Source: an uncultured Candidatus Saccharibacteria bacterium (GTDB lineage: Bacteria > Patescibacteriota > Minisyncoccia > SW-4-49-11). From it: a DNA stretch of 64,000 nucleotides. This document shows, piece by piece, positions 58,751 to 64,000 of the stretch (position 1 is the stretch's first letter; every line of letters begins with the position of its first letter). The translations under genes were made by a program, and so were the position numbers. The notes below the pieces were generated by a model that saw only the letters and a list, made by a program, of their open reading frames with translations, did no database searches and was not told where the DNA came from. The DNA lies in contig CAZWIJ010000005.1 in NCBI GenBank assembly GCA_964633865.1, positions 6,453 to 70,452 of the forward strand, read 5' to 3'.

Positions 58751-61700
58751 TTACGCATTCAAAATTGAATTAATATCATTAATCTCTTGAATTATGATCG
58801 ATTCTATAGGAAATTGAGATAATTCCATTATATAATTCTCGTCTAAAGTCAAAATTTGTTCTTTAATGCTATAATTGTCTTGTTGAGCTTGCATTACTTT
58901 AAATCTAGCTCTTATATCTTCAAGTTTAGTTCTTGCTTCTTCTAATTTTATTTTATCTTCATCAGAAATACTTTCTCCAGATTGAAATCTCTCTTTAATA
59001 TTATATATTAGCCCCATACACACCTCTGCTTCACTTAAAAAGCTCATATGATACTCATAATATTTCTTCTCTATTTTATTTAATAATTTATTATAGGGGG
59101 TTACTGATATTTTATCACTACTCATTGAGACTGTATTCTTTAATATAGAATGTAATTTAATTAAATTATATACAACCATTTTAATTTCATTAGTATTTTC
59201 ACTAGATATTTTCCAAGTCGATTCTAAATTATCATTTTCTATAATCTTATTTACATATTCGTAAACTTTATTATTTATTTTAGCATCTATGACAGATACT
59301 CTCAGATCTTTATCTGCTATATTAATTCTATCTTCCAAAGAACCAACTGGCATAAGTAAATATTTATTAGATTCTGCATTTAATAAATTTTTAATATATA
59401 AAGTTTTATCAAATATTTTTGATATATTTTCTAAGCTACTAAAAAAATCCTTTTGAAACATATCTTCCAGATCCAAAATATTCTTTATAGTCTCAGAGCT
59501 ATACTTAGCTATAATATTATATTCATATCCTAATTGAACTAATTTATCTATATTATAAACATTAGACAACCTATCTCTATCTATATAAAGATTATCCATA
59601 TTATTGTCTAATTTTTGACCTAGACTCATAAAATCACTTACATTTAAAATAGATTCTTCATTATTATTTGTTAAAAAGCTTTCATTCTTTAAGTCTTGAT
59701 TTAGTAAATTATTTAATTTTTCTACTTCACTTTTTTGTTCTCCATTTTCTAATTCTACAGATACTTCAGATTGAGTATTCCTATCTATATCTTCTCCAAC
59801 AACTCTTGTAAAAACAGCCTCAGCTTGTTCTTGTGGTATACTAGTACGAGATAGTACAGAACTTGCTTTTGGATTATTAGATTTTAGTGTTTCTAATCTA
59901 CTATTATCTTTCAAGGTGTCATAAACTGGAAGATTAACAGGAGCTTCTAGTATCTTAACTGCATCAACTGATTCTGTTATGAATTGTGATTCTATAGGAA
60001 ATTCCATTGATAAATTAGTTTTATATAAAATATTAGGGGTCTCTACTACAGCTTCCATAATTCCTTTTCCTTCTAATCCAGCTATTGCTACTGACTCTAA
60101 AAGATCTGTATTTGGATTATTTCTATCTACTAATACCTGCATTCTACCCCCTATAAATTCTCCTTCATTATCAAAAAAATTATTTCTTATAGTATCAGGA
60201 ACTATTATATCTCCATTTCTATCCAATTTCATAATAACCAAAGCTTTTTTAGATAAATCAGAATCAGCATAAAAAGCTACTTTCACATTACCTTTTGACA
60301 TTTCATCAATTACATTTATACTCTCTCCTGATGGTGTCACACTACCATTTTCTATCATATTTAATTTAAGAATAACTTCTCTATCTTCATTAATTCCATA
60401 ATCAAAACCTAACTCATTCCCGTCGGCAAAATCAGTATTGTTAGTAGCATAATCTACATAATCTACATTAATCCCATTATTATTTTCTATAAATTCATCT
60501 ATAGCAATCAATCTTTCAACAGTTTCTCCTGTTTCAATTGGGATAGTATGTTGAGAGACATCAATTCCATTTTTTTTCAATCTATCTATAACATTATCTG
60601 ATATAGTACCGTCCTCTGAGAATTCTATATCTATATCTGGATGAATTACATTATTTTCATTATCAACAATATGATAAATCCCATCTTTATCTAAATCAAT
60701 AATATCATATTTATCTGAAGAAATTTTGATTTCTGTATTTTCTAATGAAATATTTTTAGGAATAATCTTTTCTACAACATTTTTTCCTTCCTCTATTTTT
60801 CCTACAATATATTCTCTTAATTTTTCTAAAGGTGTAATTGAAGAACTAGCTTCAGTTCTATTCATTAACCCTTCAATGACTCCATCTCTGTTTTTATCAA
60901 ATAAAGCTGTCCCTTCTTGAAAAACTGCTCCTGCCACCACTGATGTCAAAGCTCCTTTAACGAAAGCTCCTGCCATTTTTCTTCCTCTCATTTTTTGGAA
61001 TAATATATCTTTTTTTTCTTGATTATCAAGTAAAAATTCCTTTTCTAATTTTAGTTTTTTCCCATAATCTGGTTCTTGTAGATCTGTCTGAATTATTTGA
61101 GCTTTTTCTTTATCAAATTTATTTAACTTAACTCTTAGCCTAGCTCTATTAATATCTAGCCTGGTTCTTTCTTGTTCTATTTTATCAAATCTAGAATAAG
61201 ATATAAGATCTATTTTTTCAGTATCTGAAACCAAAATCTTAGCTTCAATTTCAGTTAATAACTTTTCTATCTCATCTCTATTATCTTCATCAATTTTAGT
61301 ATTTAAATAAATCTCAAGAGATTCAGATAATTGATTTGCTGACAATGTCTCATATCTATATTTCTCTAATTCTTCTCTTTTTTTAGACTTATTTTCTATT
61401 TCTCCACCTTTTGCCATTTCTCTATTATGCTGCCGTCTTTCATTAGACAATTTATTCCCTTCTTTCATAGAAGATACTCCTCCAGAAACTAAAGCTCCTG
61501 CTCCTACTATTCCAGCTCCAATAGCAAAACCTTTTGTCGCACCTTGGAATGATGAAGCAATAGCAGAAGAAGCTATTCCCACAGCTAAAGATAATGTAGT
61601 TGGACTTACGAGTTTACCAACCGGAGTTTTCTTTATCCACTCCACAACTCTATCTGAATTAGTATACTGAGCTTCTGTTCTTACTCCCAATTTAGCATTA

Positions 61701-62434
61701 CGAGCAATAATTATTTTATCAAATTTTTGCTCTAAAATTTTAGTCAATTCTAACTCTACATCATCCAAATCACTCAATTGTTTTTCATGATCAAATTTTA
61801 CTTTCAAATTATCAGCTACTTCTAATATATTATCAAAATATTTTAATTGATTATCTTCATATTTTTCACCATAAGCTTGATCACTTTCTAAAAATATTAT
61901 TTTATAGTGTTGAAATTCTTCTAAAGTAATTTCATTTTTAATATATTTGATCAAATAATCCTTAAAATCACCTAATTCTATTTTGTCTCTTTTCTCTCCT
62001 GACTCTGTGTGTTCTAAGGTTGTTTTTTCTTCATCTTGATAAGCAAACCTCTCTATCAAAGCATTCATAGCTTCTTTTTGAGCATCTTCTATATTTATTG
62101 AATCATCTTCACCTGCATAAATATTCTGTGATTCTAATAAATTTTTTCTAGCTTTATTAATTTCTATTTGCCTTGTATATTCTTTAGCAATATTATGTTT
62201 CCAGATATTTTTAATAAAACCTTTTATCCCAGATTTTTTGAGATTTTCTTGATCTTTATCTAAATTTTTCTCAGCAATATCGCGGGATTGTTGTTCCACT
62301 ATATCTCCTGTTTCTACAGCTACTAATTCTGGTATCTGATAATCTTTTAGAGATATATAACTATCTTTTGCTTCAGTAGAGTTTTCTAATTCTTTATATT
62401 CTCCTACTTTAGAAGTATTTTCTAAACTTTTCAT
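58751..62434 (-). CDS. Large hypothetical protein (1227 aa) with Gly/Ala-rich hydrophobic hairpins
   Basis: Long ORF, helical N-terminus, LAVGIASSA...GAGIVGAGALVSGG and AGAFVKGALTSVVAGAV segments. Confidence 0.8.
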   Translation of the reverse strand: MKSLENTSKVGEYKELENSTEAKDSYISLKDYQIPELVAVETGDIVEQQSRDIAEKNLDKDQENLKKSGIKGFIKNIWKHNIAKEYTRQIEINKARKNLLESQNIYAGEDDSINIEDAQKEAMNALIERFAYQDEEKTTLEHTESGEKRDKIELGDFKDYLIKYIKNEITLEEFQHYKIIFLESDQAYGEKYEDNQLKYFDNILEVADNLKVKFDHEKQLSDLDDVELELTKILEQKFDKIIIARNAKLGVRTEAQYTNSDRVVEWIKKTPVGKLVSPTTLSLAVGIASSAIASSFQGATKGFAIGAGIVGAGALVSGGVSSMKEGNKLSNERRQHNREMAKGGEIENKSKKREELEKYRYETLSANQLSESLEIYLNTKIDEDNRDEIEKLLTEIEAKILVSDTEKIDLISYSRFDKIEQERTRLDINRARLRVKLNKFDKEKAQIIQTDLQEPDYGKKLKLEKEFLLDNQEKKDILFQKMRGRKMAGAFVKGALTSVVAGAVFQEGTALFDKNRDGVIEGLMNRTEASSSITPLEKLREYIVGKIEEGKNVVEKIIPKNISLENTEIKISSDKYDIIDLDKDGIYHIVDNENNVIHPDIDIEFSEDGTISDNVIDRLKKNGIDVSQHTIPIETGETVERLIAIDEFIENNNGINVDYVDYATNNTDFADGNELGFDYGINEDREVILKLNMIENGSVTPSGESINVIDEMSKGNVKVAFYADSDLSKKALVIMKLDRNGDIIVPDTIRNNFFDNEGEFIGGRMQVLVDRNNPNTDLLESVAIAGLEGKGIMEAVVETPNILYKTNLSMEFPIESQFITESVDAVKILEAPVNLPVYDTLKDNSRLETLKSNNPKASSVLSRTSIPQEQAEAVFTRVVGEDIDRNTQSEVSVELENGEQKSEVEKLNNLLNQDLKNESFLTNNNEESILNVSDFMSLGQKLDNNMDNLYIDRDRLSNVYNIDKLVQLGYEYNIIAKYSSETIKNILDLEDMFQKDFFSSLENISKIFDKTLYIKNLLNAESNKYLLMPVGSLEDRINIADKDLRVSVIDAKINNKVYEYVNKIIENDNLESTWKISSENTNEIKMVVYNLIKLHSILKNTVSMSSDKISVTPYNKLLNKIEKKYYEYHMSFLSEAEVCMGLIYNIKERFQSGESISDEDKIKLEEARTKLEDIRARFKVMQAQQDNYSIKEQILTLDENYIMELSQFPIESIIIQEINDINSILNA

Positions 62435-62453
62435 AATTTATAAAATAATTAGC

Positions 62454-62762
62454 TTATAAACCTAAATAATTTTTTCTAAAATCTAACAATGTTTCTGAGA
62501 TTAGATTTGGTAAATCTTGTATATTATCTGACATAAATTTTTGAGTTTCTTCTGGAGTTGCTTGCTTATCTATTAATGATTCAAATTCTTCTAATTTTTC
62601 ATCTGGAAGATTATTAACAATAGTAACATTTATAAGAGTTTCTATTCTTAAATATAAATCTTCTTTCATTTGATCAATTACTTCTTGTTCTAAATCTGGA
62701 TATTTTTTTTCTGCTATTAAATTTTCTACGAATTGTTTTAAGTTTAAATCTGTATTTTCCAT
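62454..62762 (-). CDS. Small acidic helical protein (DUF5663-like)
   Basis: INVTIVNNLPDEKLEEFESL...FMSDNIQDL...FRKNYL. Confidence 0.6.
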   Translation of the reverse strand: MENTDLNLKQFVENLIAEKKYPDLEQEVIDQMKEDLYLRIETLINVTIVNNLPDEKLEEFESLIDKQATPEETQKFMSDNIQDLPNLISETLLDFRKNYLGL

Positions 62763-62842
62763 AATAAAATGTTTTATATAATAATAAGTTATATTATATC
62801 ATAAAATATTTATTTTGTCCAAAAATAGTACAAGATTTAATT

Positions 62843-64000
62843 TTATTCTTCAGAATCCCAAAGCTTATCACTCTCTGAAATGTCTCTCATTACATTTTCT
62901 ATAGACTTAACTTTATCTTTATATTCATCTATTTTCTCTTTAAAATAATATACTTGTTCTCTAAATTCATCTATAATATATATATCTTTATTCTCATATA
63001 TCTCGTCAAATTTATAATATACTCTAAATAAATCTTGCATTATACCATTAGTATCTATAATATCTTTTATTTTATTATTTATATATTGAAGGTCTTCATT
63101 AGAAAGATTTGTAGACAGTAACTCATCTTTTGTATAATCAAAAATTTTATCTTCATTATTTATTAAATATCTATTAATTTCTTTAAATTCATTAAAAGAA
63201 TCTTCTAAATCATTTATACTCAATTTAAATTTATATTTACTATCATCATCTAAAGAATATAAAAATCTATTACCATTTTGAGTTATTCCATCTATATAAT
63301 CCTTCATTTTATACAAAAATTTATTATAATCTTCTTCCAAATATCTTATATTTTCAAATATTTTAGAAACATCTTCTTCTCTATATTCTTGTTTTCTGTT
63401 CTTCTCTTCCTGTTCTTCTGTATCATTTAAATCTTTAGAATTATTTTCTTCATGAACTGATGATTTTTGTCTTTCTGATGTATTTTTTATTGAATTTTCT
63501 GTATCTGAAATAAGAGTATCTATTTCTTGTTCAAAAACTGAGTCTTGTGACTCTTGATTATCGCCCCCACCTTGAGGAGATATACCCGTATTTGCCTCAA
63601 CACTTTCGGTAGCTATTTCTTCTAATTTTTTTGTATTGTTTGAATTAACTGATTCATATTCTTCCTCTTCTAACCAGTCTTTCCAATCATAATCAACTGT
63701 TTCTGTTTCAGTAATTTCATTAGACTCATCTTCTTCCAACCAATTTTCCCAATCATCATCAACTAGCAAATCAGAATTCTCATTAGAATCTATTACATTA
63801 TCTTTTTTCACTTGCTGTGATATTGTCTCTTCTCCACTAGTATTTGATTCTTCAACTTTATTTTCATTATTTTCTTCTATATATACTTCATTTATAGATC
63901 CTTTATGAACAAGGTTAAAAGAAGCTCCCTTTTTTAATTCGTAATTTCCAGGCTCTCCTTCTAAAAATCCTCCTCTTATTATAACTGGTTTTATAACATT
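62843..64000 (-). CDS. Acidic hypothetical protein, 5' end beyond the window
   Basis: The frame of ORF 62843-63811 stays open for 63 more codons to the window edge. Confidence 0.7.
   Translation of the reverse strand, partial: NVIKPVIIRGGFLEGEPGNYELKKGASFNLVHKGSINEVYIEENNENKVEESNTSGEETISQQVKKDNVIDSNENSDLLVDDDWENWLEEDESNEITETETVDYDWKDWLEEEEYESVNSNNTKKLEEIATESVEANTGISPQGGGDNQESQDSVFEQEIDTLISDTENSIKNTSERQKSSVHEENNSKDLNDTEEQEEKNRKQEYREEDVSKIFENIRYLEEDYNKFLYKMKDYIDGITQNGNRFLYSLDDDSKYKFKLSINDLEDSFNEFKEINRYLINNEDKIFDYTKDELLSTNLSNEDLQYINNKIKDIIDTNGIMQDLFRVYYKFDEIYENKDIYIIDEFREQVYYFKEKIDEYKDKVKSIENVMRDISESDKLWDSEE

Noticed and set aside
2078-60920. Short overlapping or antisense ORFs in the track (e.g. 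2078-2392, 3876-4193, 11371-11700, 41845-42384, 47646-48212, 57793-57984, 59979-60272)
   Set aside because: They lie within or opposite well-supported genes or tRNAs and show no motifs; they are shadow ORFs.
1-64000. Full genetic code 25 (UGA=Gly) usage
   Set aside because: Long conserved genes such as uvrA, ileS and pheT translate uninterrupted under code 11; only one internal TGA was found.

Overview
Very AT-rich chromosomal segment whose gene content fits a Patescibacteria (CPR)-type bacterium; this taxonomic call is an inference from gene content. It holds mostly housekeeping genes (ileS, gap, ftsZ, pheS/T, nusA, rpmG, secD/F, greA, uvrA, ruvB, sufC/U) and six tRNAs. Five things stand out. 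(1) A divergent surface-attachment locus at 1-9960: HtrA, an O-antigen-ligase-like TPR protein and a delta-60 repeat/S74 tail-fibre-like adhesin face a type IV pilin and two LamG-bearing minor pilins, with two perfect tandem DnaA boxes between them. (2) A Ca2+/Na+ antiporter is interrupted by an in-frame TGA exactly where Gly is expected, while TGA is almost unused as a stop in the window. (3) A candidate ~95-nt sRNA with its own promoter and terminator lies at about 45543-45636. (4) An accessory island between sufC and sufT carries a duplicated sufC tail plus promoter, a DUF397 gene, a HEPN-motif gene and an R-M remnant. (5) There is an internally deleted IS30 element. All family calls are from motif recognition by eye; no database searches were run.
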